From a virus: a DNA stretch of 20,243 nucleotides. Under the pieces are notes generated by a model. The model had not been told where the DNA came from. It saw only the letters and a program-made list of their open reading frames with translations, and did no database searches. Of this stretch, positions 1 to 6,319 are shown one piece after another (positions within the stretch are counted from its first letter, which is position 1; each line of letters starts with the position of its first letter). A program made the translations under genes and the position numbers. The stretch lies in UHGV virus genome UHGV-0098135. The stretch is one strand, 5' to 3'.

Positions 1-489
1 ATGAGCATAAGAGAGCTAAACCTCACCAAAGAACAGCACGATTGGCTGAATGGCTGGCTTGAACTGTGGGGCGCATGGGTTTATTCAGGTCGTCTGGAAA
101 AGCGCATGAGCAGCGTAATAGCGAAGTTCATGGAGAGCGTAGAGCCGGGAAGAGTTATGACAAGGCCAATGTGCAATGATGATGATGGAATGTTGATTTC
201 TCAGGTCGTCGATTCCGTCATGTGCATTGACAAGAAAGCCTTTGGCATCCTCCTCAGCTACTACGCTCATGGATCTTCCAAGCATGCCATTGCATCTTAC
301 TATCATCGTGTCGCAAGACCTCGCAAGATGTTATGCCGGGGCGGCGGGCGTATTCAAAAACCATCGCTCGCAACCTGTCGCCGGGAAGTTGACGAAATCC
401 TCAATGCTTCGTTGTTTATGATTTACCCAGTTCTGGATAGTGCGTTTAAAAACCGGAAACGTGTAGAGAAAATTAAACATGTAGCATAG
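1..489 (+). CDS. Putative late-gene antiterminator (Q-like / P22 gene 23 position); ORF may continue upstream of the window
   Basis: ATG at 1, TAG stop at 487-489, 162 codons. It sits directly upstream of a promoter/terminator-like leader and the holin-endolysin-Rz cassette, which is the canonical slot of the late antiterminator in lambdoid and P22-like phages. Function is by synteny only; I do not recognise a diagnostic motif. Confidence 0.45.
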   Translation: MSIRELNLTKEQHDWLNGWLELWGAWVYSGRLEKRMSSVIAKFMESVEPGRVMTRPMCNDDDGMLISQVVDSVMCIDKKAFGILLSYYAHGSSKHAIASYYHRVARPRKMLCRGGGRIQKPSLATCRREVDEILNASLFMIYPVLDSAFKNRKRVEKIKHVA

Positions 490-495
490 AACGTG

Positions 496-524
496 TTGAC
501 ATCATTGAGCAAATGAGCAACACT
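496..524 (+). promoter_or_regulatory. Candidate late promoter (PR'-like): -35 TTGACA at 496-501, 17-nt spacer, weak -10 AACACT at 519-524
   Basis: Perfect -35 hexamer located 7 nt after the Q-like stop; the -10 is poor, so this is a positional call by analogy with lambda PR' downstream of Q. Confidence 0.25.
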
Positions 525-534
525 ATTCGCATAA

Positions 535-577
535 GCTGCCGTTAGTGACTCTTAAGTTGCAACGGTGGCTTTTTTTA
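535..577 (+). terminator. Candidate intrinsic terminator (tR'-like) of a short leader transcript
   Basis: Imperfect hairpin with 5' arm 535-543 pairing with 3' arm 561-569 (9 bp including two G-U pairs; further pairing inside the loop), followed directly by TTTTTTT at 571-577. Confidence 0.4.
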
Positions 578-580
578 TTT

Positions 581-655
581 GGGTCAGTCGTATAAAGGTC
601 ATTACGGAAGGCTGTTAACCTTCTTATCGTGGTTCGAGTCCACGCTGTCCCGCCA
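581..655 (+). tRNA. tRNA-like gene, anticodon GTT (Asn) by hand folding; slightly degenerate
   Basis: Hand-folded cloverleaf of 75 nt. Acceptor 581-587 pairs with 645-651 (6 of 7, one T-T mismatch); D-arm 590-605 with a GG-containing loop; anticodon stem 607-611/619-623 (GAAGG/CCTTC, perfect) with loop CTGTTAA; T-arm CGTGG-TTCGAGT-CCACG at 628-644; discriminator G, then encoded CCA at 653-655. Confidence 0.5.
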
Positions 656-660
656 AACAT

Positions 661-736
661 GCTGGTTTAGCTCCAATGGTAGAGCGGTCGCCTTGTAAGC
701 GAATGGGTAGCGGTTCAAGTCCGTTAACCAGCACCA
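661..736 (+). tRNA. tRNA, anticodon TGT (Thr) by hand folding
   Basis: 76-nt cloverleaf. Acceptor GCTGGTT (661-667) pairs perfectly with AACCAGC (726-732); D-arm GCTC-CAATGGTA-GAGC; anticodon loop CTTGTAA at 692-698; T-arm AGCGG-TTCAAGT-CCGTT; discriminator A and CCA at 734-736. The layout parallels E. coli tRNA-Thr as I recall it. Confidence 0.7.
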
Positions 737-822
737 TAACTGAGCCGTAGCCACTGGCTATCCTGAATTCATCAGTGATAGTTACGCTGCGGCCTTCTAC
801 ACATGATCTTCGTGAAAGCGGT

Positions 823-857
823 GGCAAGAGGTTGCGCTAACAACCTCCTGCCATTTT
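823..857 (+). other. Strong stem-loop (GGCA-A-GAGGTTG / CAACCTC-C-TGCC) followed by a short T-tract; possible weak terminator or RNA-processing structure between the tRNAs and the holin gene
   Basis: 11 paired positions with one internal mismatch around a 6-nt loop CGCTAA, followed by ATTTT at 853-857. Seen directly in the sequence. Confidence 0.25.
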
Positions 858-977
858 GCCCGTGCATATCGGTCACGAACAAATCTGATTACTAAACACA
901 GTAGCCTGGATTTGTTCTATCAGTAATCGACCTTATTCCTAATTAAATAGAGCAAATCCCCTTATTGGGGGTAAGAC

Positions 978-1301
978 ATGAAGATGCCAGAAAAACATGA
1001 CCTGTTAGCCGCCATTCTCGCGGCAAAGGAACAAGGCATCGGGGCAATCCTTGCGTTTGCAATGGCGTACCTTCGCGGCAGATATAATGGCGGTGCGTTT
1101 ACAAAAACAGTAATCGACGCAACGATGTGCGCCATTATCGCCTGGTTCATTCGTGACCTTCTCGACTTCGCCGGACTAAGTAGCAATCTCGCTTATATAA
1201 CGAGCGTGTTCATCGGCTACATCGGCACCGATTCGATCGGCAATCTTATTAAAAAACTTGCAGCAAAAAAGGCGGGAGTTGACGATGCAAACCAGTCCTG
1301 A
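978..1301 (+). CDS. Holin, lambda S / P22 gp13 family (class I), with dual-start motif
   Basis: 107-aa product beginning [35 protein letters not shown], which I recognise as lambda S107. Met1-Lys2-Met3 gives the antiholin/holin dual start (second start at 984). Three hydrophobic segments; sits directly upstream of the endolysin. Confidence 0.9.
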   Translation: MKMPEKHDLLAAILAAKEQGIGAILAFAMAYLRGRYNGGAFTKTVIDATMCAIIAWFIRDLLDFAGLSSNLAYITSVFIGYIGTDSIGNLIKKLAAKKAGVDDANQS

Positions 1302-1734
1302 CGGAATTGCTCTGATAAAAAAATTTGAAGGTTGTCGGCTGACTGCTTACCCCGACCCCGGAACGGGAGATGCGCCGTGGACCATCGGCTATGGCTGGAC
1401 CCATCCGGTTGACGGAAAGCCAGTAAAGCGCGGTATGACTATCGACCAGCAAACCGCTGACAGGCTTCTGAAAACAGGGCTTGTTGGTTATGAGAATGAC
1501 GTGCTGAAAGTTGTCAGGGTGAAGCTGACACAAGGCCAGTTCGACGCACTGGTGTCGTTCGCTTACAACGTTGGGTCGCGTGCTCTTTCCACATCTACAC
1601 TGCTGAAAAAGCTGAATGCTGGCGATATAAAAGGCGCGGCAGATGAATTTCTGCGCTGGAATAAATCAGGCGGAAAGGTGATGCCGGGGCTCACGAATCG
1701 CCGCAAGGCAGAGCGAGCTCTGTTCCTGTCATGA
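1285..1734 (+). CDS. Endolysin, T4-lysozyme-like (GH24) muramidase, P22 gp19-like
   Basis: ATG at 1285 (the track's 1258 is a TTG) preceded by GGCGGGAG. Product has an E-x8-D-x5-T catalytic arrangement near the N-terminus ([21 protein letters not shown]) and ends [11 protein letters not shown], like the P22 lysozyme as I recall it. Overlaps the holin 3' end by 17 nt. Confidence 0.85.
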   Translation: MQTSPDGIALIKKFEGCRLTAYPDPGTGDAPWTIGYGWTHPVDGKPVKRGMTIDQQTADRLLKTGLVGYENDVLKVVRVKLTQGQFDALVSFAYNVGSRALSTSTLLKKLNAGDIKGAADEFLRWNKSGGKVMPGLTNRRKAERALFLS

Positions 1735-2198
1735 TTAGCGCACTGGTTAAGCGTTACTGGCTGCAGTTGCTGGTGCTGGCGTTAATCGGCGCACTGGCTT
1801 TCTTCGTGAACCACTACCGCGACAACGCCATCACTTACAGAGACCAGCGCGATAAGGCCACTGAGAAACTCCTCCTGGCGACCGCCACCATTAAAGACAT
1901 GCAGACCCGCCAGCGTGATGTCGCTGCACTGGATGCCAAATACACCGGAGAACTGGCTGATGCGAAAGAAACCATTGAGCGTCTGCATAGCGATGTCATT
2001 GCTGGCCGTAAGCGGCTGCAAGTCGCCGCCACCTGTGCAAAGTCAACGACCGGAGCCAGCAGCATGGGCGATGGAGAAAGCCCAAGACTTACAGCAGATG
2101 CTGAACTCAATTATTACCGTCTCCGAAGTGGAATCGACAAGATAACCGCGCAGGTTAACTACCTGCAGGAATACATCAGGACGCAATGCCTGAAATAA
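1731..2198 (+). CDS. Rz: Rz-type inner-membrane spanin (i-spanin)
   Basis: ATGA overlap with the endolysin stop; N-terminal transmembrane segment ([16 protein letters not shown]) followed by a charged, helical periplasmic domain; Rz1 is embedded inside it. Confidence 0.8.
   Translation: MISALVKRYWLQLLVLALIGALAFFVNHYRDNAITYRDQRDKATEKLLLATATIKDMQTRQRDVAALDAKYTGELADAKETIERLHSDVIAGRKRLQVAATCAKSTTGASSMGDGESPRLTADAELNYYRLRSGIDKITAQVNYLQEYIRTQCLK
1960..2145 (+). CDS. Rz1: Rz1-type outer-membrane lipoprotein spanin (o-spanin), embedded in the +1 frame of Rz
   Basis: ATG at 1960 preceded by GGAGA; product [20 protein letters not shown] has a signal peptide and lipobox (AVSG|C), followed by a Pro-rich mature peptide; lies entirely within Rz in a different frame. 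Confidence 0.75.
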   Translation: MRKKPLSVCIAMSLLAVSGCKSPPPVQSQRPEPAAWAMEKAQDLQQMLNSIITVSEVESTR

Positions 2199-2229
2199 TT
2201 TTTTGCAAATCACAAAGTCCATTTAATGA

Positions 2230-2251
2230 GCCTCGCGATGCGGGGCTTTTT
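2230..2251 (+). terminator. Intrinsic terminator 1 downstream of the lysis cassette
   Basis: GC-rich hairpin GCCTCGC-GAT-GCGGGGC followed by TTTTT. Confidence 0.5.
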
Positions 2252-2258
2252 GCAATAA

Positions 2259-2283
2259 ATGCGTACCGCAACGCATGTTTTTT
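2259..2283 (+). terminator. Intrinsic terminator 2 (tandem) downstream of the lysis cassette
   Basis: Hairpin ATGCGT-ACCGCA-ACGCAT followed by G and TTTTTT. Confidence 0.5.
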
Positions 2284-2398
2284 ACACCGAACCTGCCCCT
2301 TTGGAATGGGCCTTTGAGGATACCAGTTAGTGCTGGCGAGCCTCGGTGGGCTGGTTTCCTGTGCGGCAAAGGTTCATTTCAAAGAGTAGGTACACGCT

Positions 2399-2896
2399 AT
2401 GAAATCATTAACCCTCTTCAATCAACCAATTCGTATCGGTGAAGATGGCATGATCTGCCTCACTGATATGTGGAAAGCCAGTGGTAAAAGTGAATCTGAA
2501 TCGCCTTACCACTACCTGCGAAACAAGCAGACCAAAGAGTTCTTAGCCGAGCTGGAGAAAAACCACGAATCTGTGGTTTTTACTGAGCGCGGTGTACACG
2601 GTGGAACATATGGCGGGAAGTTTGTTGCTTACGATTATGCGGCTTGGTTAAACCCCGGGTTCAAGTACGCGGCCTATAAAGTCCTCGATGACTACTTCAC
2701 CGGAGAACTTCAGCATCGCAACAGCTTAAGTGCGCAGCTCAACATGAAATGTCATGAGTTTGACCAGAAGAAAGACATGGCTAGCTTCTGCGGACAAGGG
2801 CTGGCAGCATGGCGCTATACGAAGCCAGTGTTGGTCGCTGAGATTAACTCCATGGCTAACCAGCTGCAGATTACGATCCCCGGGCTTCCGGGATGA
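2399..2896 (+). CDS. Accessory protein with putative KilA-N-like DNA-binding domain
   Basis: 165-aa ORF with ATG start. N-terminal segment (IRIGEDGMICLTDMWKASGK...YLRNKQTKEFL) resembles the KilA-N pattern from memory. Located in the variable slot between lysis and terminase genes. Confidence 0.55.
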   Translation: MKSLTLFNQPIRIGEDGMICLTDMWKASGKSESESPYHYLRNKQTKEFLAELEKNHESVVFTERGVHGGTYGGKFVAYDYAAWLNPGFKYAAYKVLDDYFTGELQHRNSLSAQLNMKCHEFDQKKDMASFCGQGLAAWRYTKPVLVAEINSMANQLQITIPGLPG

Positions 2897-3156
2897 GTGA
2901 TCGTGTCATTGAATGCGCCTCCAGAGCGGGGCGCGACTTCTCAGAGTTCATGAAAGGCGAGAAGGGCATGATGGAAGCATTGGCCTCGGTGGATGAGTTT
3001 GGCGAGCAGCTGCGCCTCAACGGCTGTGTCAATCATCACTTTGTTAGCTACATGATGCGGAACTCGATCATGCAGGCATTCATGGACATGGCAAAAGCCG
3101 AGAGGAAAGAAGAGCGCCGGCGTAAGCGAGCGGAAGCAAAAGCAAAAGTGAAGTAG
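2893..3156 (+). CDS. Hypothetical protein, 87 aa, with strongly basic Lys/Arg/Glu-rich C-terminal tail; translationally coupled to the upstream gene
   Basis: ATGA start/stop overlap with the preceding ORF; C-terminus AKAERKEERRRKRAEAKAKVK. No function recognised. Confidence 0.55.
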   Translation: MSDRVIECASRAGRDFSEFMKGEKGMMEALASVDEFGEQLRLNGCVNHHFVSYMMRNSIMQAFMDMAKAERKEERRRKRAEAKAKVK

Positions 3157-3450
3157 CCATTACAAAGCCCATTTACGGGTGGGCTTGATAATGAAACCGG
3201 AATTTATTCTGGGTAACCAGTTACGGCAGTACAGCGAAACAACCCAAGCCAGTAAGTGGGGAAATAACACTGGCAGCCACTGAAAGATGAACCTCCTGCC
3301 TTATGGCAAAAAAGATTCTTTGTGGTGGCGGACTGATGGAAAGACATCGGTTATTGCAGAGGCCATTCAATGAGTGGTCTCGACAATGGCTTATACCCTG
3401 CACGGGATAACTTAACTGATATCCCTTTTAACGGATAAACGGAGCCAACA

Positions 3451-3693
3451 ATGGCAGAGATTATTCCCATGACTGAAGAACAGAAATTCCAGTTAGAGAT
3501 TTACAAACTGGTCATGAACCAGAACGCAGCCGCAGAAGAAGCATTTCAGTTCATTGGCACTGACGAGCTGAAGCTTGAGCTATTCAAAATTCACTTCCAG
3601 TCAGGCGGCGCTAATTCGGATATCACGATCCGCACATTCGAAGCGGTACGTAAATCGAAGGAGGCGTTAGACCTGTTCACCGCTGGAGTGTGA
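3451..3693 (+). CDS. Hypothetical protein, 80 aa
   Basis: ATG preceded by GGAG (ACGGAGCCAACAATG); acidic, probably helical; stop is 1 nt before the next ATG (coupled). Confidence 0.6.
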   Translation: MAEIIPMTEEQKFQLEIYKLVMNQNAAAEEAFQFIGTDELKLELFKIHFQSGGANSDITIRTFEAVRKSKEALDLFTAGV

Positions 3694-3694
3694 T

Positions 3695-4084
3695 ATGGCT
3701 AAGGCCAAATGGCACAAACTCCCGGCGTTCACCATTCCGCTGTTTCAAAGTGCACATGTCTACCTCGCAACAACCAGAGAACAGTTTCAGCACGCTGATA
3801 AATTCCTTGGCGGCAGCGGGGATGAGAAGCCATTCAATCTTGGGTTTGCAAGCAACTATGAAAACACTGATACGGGTGAGCGATGCTATCTGATTGGAGT
3901 ATTCGATCAGCAGATCGCTACGCTCGTTCATGAGTGCGCCCACGTCTGCTTTTACGTTTGCTCTGATGTCGGCGTGACGACAAGGCCTGAAGATGCCAAC
4001 GAGACGTACTGTTACATGCTGGACAGGATGGTTAATCACTTCCTGCCATTCATTCAGGAGAAACAAGATGTATCACTGGAATAA
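3695..4084 (+). CDS. Hypothetical protein, 129 aa, with HExxH motif (LVHECAHV) and a downstream Glu; putative minimal zinc-metallopeptidase-like protein
   Basis: Starts 1 nt after the upstream stop. HECAH followed about 20 residues later by PEDANE resembles a gluzincin-type metal site. Function inferred from the motif only. Confidence 0.55.
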   Translation: MAKAKWHKLPAFTIPLFQSAHVYLATTREQFQHADKFLGGSGDEKPFNLGFASNYENTDTGERCYLIGVFDQQIATLVHECAHVCFYVCSDVGVTTRPEDANETYCYMLDRMVNHFLPFIQEKQDVSLE

Positions 4085-4262
4085 TCAATCCCCTTATTGC
4101 CAATGCCAACGCTGCCCGTGCTGCGGGAAGATTGTTAACCAATTTACTGGCAATAATTTCTTCAAGACTGGTTATGGATATGGTGTTGCGGGTAGCGTTA
4201 ATTGCTCTGGGGCTGCTGCTGAAACGACATCAAACACAGGCAAGCAGAAAGGAGCTAAGTAA
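4068..4262 (+). CDS. Possible small Cys-rich protein, 64 aa (CQCQRCPCC cluster)
   Basis: ATG at 4068 preceded by AGGAG (CAGGAGAAACAAGATG); overlaps the 3' end of the upstream ORF by 17 nt; its TAA stop overlaps the next ATG (TAATG). Contained in the track ORF 3993..4262, whose start is not an ATG. Confidence 0.35.
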   Translation: MYHWNNQSPYCQCQRCPCCGKIVNQFTGNNFFKTGYGYGVAGSVNCSGAAAETTSNTGKQKGAK

Positions 4263-4351
4263 TGGTAATCAAAGTTTGTTCAGGCTCTCAGGGCTTCGAC
4301 AACCCATCCAAATTCCGCGATGAATGGGATAAGCAAGCAGAAGGGAAATAA
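4262..4351 (+). CDS. Possible small ORF, 29 aa ([29 protein letters not shown])
   Basis: Strong Shine-Dalgarno AAAGGAG 6 nt upstream of the ATG; TAATG coupling to the upstream ORF; ends 5 nt before the terminase small subunit start. Too short for the ORF track. Confidence 0.3.
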   Translation: MVIKVCSGSQGFDNPSKFRDEWDKQAEGK

Positions 4352-4356
4352 TCAAT

Positions 4357-4845
4357 ATGGCAGCACCAAAGGGCAACCGATTTTGGGAGGCCCGCAGTAG
4401 TCATGGGCGAAATCCTAAATTCGAATCGCCTGAGGCGCTGTGGGCTGCTTGTTGTGAATACTTCGAGTGGGCTGATGATAACCCGCTATGGGAGGGTAAG
4501 GTATTTTCATATCAGGGAGAAATAATTAAGGCTAATGTCCCTAAGATGCGAGCCATGACTATTTCAGGATTGTGTACCTTCCTTGATATCACCAGGCAAA
4601 CGTGGGGAACCTTCCGGTCAATGGAAGGTTTTTCTGACGTCACATCACGAGCGGAAGACATCATCTACGACCAGAAATTCTCTGGCGCAGCCGCTGACCT
4701 TCTCAACGCTAACATCATCGCCCGTGATTTGGGCCTCAAAGAGCAGTCGCAAGTTGAAGACGTGACACCTGATAAGGGAGATCGCGATAAGCGGCGCTCT
4801 CGTATCAAGGAGCTATTCAACCGTGGAACTGGACGCGATTCTTGA
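4357..4845 (+). CDS. Terminase small subunit (P22 gp3-like)
   Basis: 162 aa, the size I recall for P22 gp3, and I recall the N-terminus [39 protein letters not shown] as P22 gp3. Sits immediately upstream of the large terminase. Confidence 0.85.
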   Translation: MAAPKGNRFWEARSSHGRNPKFESPEALWAACCEYFEWADDNPLWEGKVFSYQGEIIKANVPKMRAMTISGLCTFLDITRQTWGTFRSMEGFSDVTSRAEDIIYDQKFSGAAADLLNANIIARDLGLKEQSQVEDVTPDKGDRDKRRSRIKELFNRGTGRDS

Positions 4846-6319
4846 TAACCTGAGCGACGAAGAGCAAATCGAGTTGCTCGAGCTACTCGAAGAAGAAGAG
4901 AACTACCGGAACACACACCTGCTATATGAATTTACGCCATACAGCAAACAGCGTGAGTTCATCGACGCTGGGCATGACTATCCAGAGCGCTGTTTTATGG
5001 CTGGTAACCAGCTTGGTAAGTCATTTACTGGTGCTGCTGAAGTCGCGTTTCACCTTACAGGGCGTTATCCGGGCACAAAAGGCTATCCTGCTGATGGTAA
5101 ATATGGCGGTGAGTGGAAAGGTAAGCGTTTCTATGAGCCTGTTGTCTTCTGGATTGGCGGCGAGACAAACGAGACTGTAACCAAAACGACTCAACGCATC
5201 CTGTGCGGTCGTATCGAAGAGAATGATGAGCCTGGCTACGGTTCCATACCGAAAGAAGACATCATTAGCTGGAAGAAGTCTCCTTTCTTTCCGAACCTTG
5301 TTGATCATCTTCTGGTTAAGCATCACACGGCTGATGGCGTTGAAGATGGCATTTCAATCTGCTACTTCAAACCATACTCGCAAGGCCGTGCTCGCTGGCA
5401 GGGTGACACAATCCACGGCGTGTGGTTTGACGAAGAGCCACCATACAGCATTTATGGAGAAGGGCTTACCCGTACCAACAAATACGGGCAATTCTCAATT
5501 CTGACGTTTACCCCGCTGATGGGGATGTCTGACGTTGTTACCAAGTTCCTGAAGAATCCCAGCAAGTCGCAGAAAGTGGTCAACATGACCATCTACGACG
5601 CTGAGCACTACACCGACGAGCAGAAAGAGCAAATCATCGCATCCTATCCCGAGCATGAGAGAGAGGCGCGTGCTCGCGGTATTCCTACGATGGGTAGTGG
5701 TCGAATCTTCCAGATACCGGAAGAGACTATTAAGTGTCAGCCGTTCGAGTGTCCTGATCACTTCTACGTCATCAATGCAATGGACTTCGGATGGGATCAC
5801 CCACAGGCACATATCCAGCTTTGGTGGGATAAAGACGAGGACGTGATTTATCTTTCTCGCGTCTGGAAGGCCAAACAGAAGAAGGCGACAGAGGCATGGA
5901 GTGCTGTTAAAGCATGGAGCAAAAACACCCCTACAGCTTGGCCTCATGACGGGCATCAGCACGAAAAGGGAGGCGGCGCTCAGCTCAAGGAACAATACGC
6001 CGACGCTGGGTTCGACATGTTGCCAGATCATGCAACATGGCCTGATGGAGGTAATGCGGTCGAACCCGGGATAGCAGAGATACGCGACATGATGCTCGAC
6101 GGTCGTTTCAAGGTATTTAACACCTGCGAGCCATTCTTTGAAGAGTTTCGCCTGTATCACCGCGATGAGAACGGGAAGATCGTCAAGCTAAATGACGACA
6201 TCCTTTCTGCTGTTCGCTATGGCTACATGATGAGGCGTTTTGCAATACAGATGCGAGACATCAAAGATCCTAAAGAGATTGATTACTCAAGCTACAACAT
6301 ACCTTGCGGAGTTGGATGA
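4823..6319 (+). CDS. Terminase large subunit (P22 gp2-like), ATPase/nuclease
   Basis: 498 aa. The start codon at 4823 is GTG, with AAGGAG about 10 nt upstream. Walker-A-like motif AGNQLGKS; overlaps the small subunit by 23 nt; canonical position. Confidence 0.85.
   Translation: MELDAILDNLSDEEQIELLELLEEEENYRNTHLLYEFTPYSKQREFIDAGHDYPERCFMAGNQLGKSFTGAAEVAFHLTGRYPGTKGYPADGKYGGEWKGKRFYEPVVFWIGGETNETVTKTTQRILCGRIEENDEPGYGSIPKEDIISWKKSPFFPNLVDHLLVKHHTADGVEDGISICYFKPYSQGRARWQGDTIHGVWFDEEPPYSIYGEGLTRTNKYGQFSILTFTPLMGMSDVVTKFLKNPSKSQKVVNMTIYDAEHYTDEQKEQIIASYPEHEREARARGIPTMGSGRIFQIPEETIKCQPFECPDHFYVINAMDFGWDHPQAHIQLWWDKDEDVIYLSRVWKAKQKKATEAWSAVKAWSKNTPTAWPHDGHQHEKGGGAQLKEQYADAGFDMLPDHATWPDGGNAVEPGIAEIRDMMLDGRFKVFNTCEPFFEEFRLYHRDENGKIVKLNDDILSAVRYGYMMRRFAIQMRDIKDPKEIDYSSYNIPCGVG

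Noticed and set aside
85-306. 73-aa minus-strand ORF inside the Q-like gene
   Set aside because: Antisense to a gene in the expected syntenic position; no start context.
737-977. Possible third tRNA, by analogy with the three-tRNA cluster of Stx phages
   Set aside because: I could not fold any segment into a cloverleaf with a T-arm and acceptor stem; only a simple stem-loop (823-852) is present.
1258-1284. Upstream TTG start for the endolysin given by the ORF track
   Set aside because: The first ATG at 1285 has a ribosome-binding-like GGCGGGAG upstream and gives an N-terminus ([16 protein letters not shown]) that resembles the recalled P22 lysozyme start; the TTG extension lies deep inside the holin gene.
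3221-3403. 60-aa minus-strand ORF in the 3157-3450 non-coding island
   Set aside because: Starts with GTG, has no Shine-Dalgarno, and is opposite to all flanking genes; more likely this interval is regulatory.
3677-4066. 129-aa minus-strand ORF overlapping the HExxH gene
   Set aside because: The + strand frame has an ATG 1 nt after the upstream stop and the same orientation as the whole operon; the minus frame has no comparable start context.
955-4099. 13-bp exact direct repeat AATCCCCTTATTG at 955-967 (upstream of the holin) and 4087-4099 (after the HExxH gene), considered as a module-boundary or recombination site
   Set aside because: In a ~20 kb window a few exact 13-mer repeats are expected by chance (order of N squared over 2 times 4 to the 13, roughly 3), and there is no flanking extended homology. 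Probably coincidental, though both copies are intergenic.
4132-4323. 63-aa TTG-initiated ORF with a hydrophobic stretch (possible small membrane peptide)
   Set aside because: TTG start without a Shine-Dalgarno; it overlaps two other frames (4068-4262 and 4262-4351) that have ATG starts and strong ribosome-binding sites with TAATG coupling. Only one frame is likely real, and this one has the weakest signals. Not fully excluded.
5495-6160. 221-aa minus-strand ORF inside the large terminase gene
   Set aside because: Entirely antisense to a confidently assigned essential gene; no ribosome-binding context; product is a low-complexity Leu/Arg/Val-rich sequence typical of antisense frames. Spurious.
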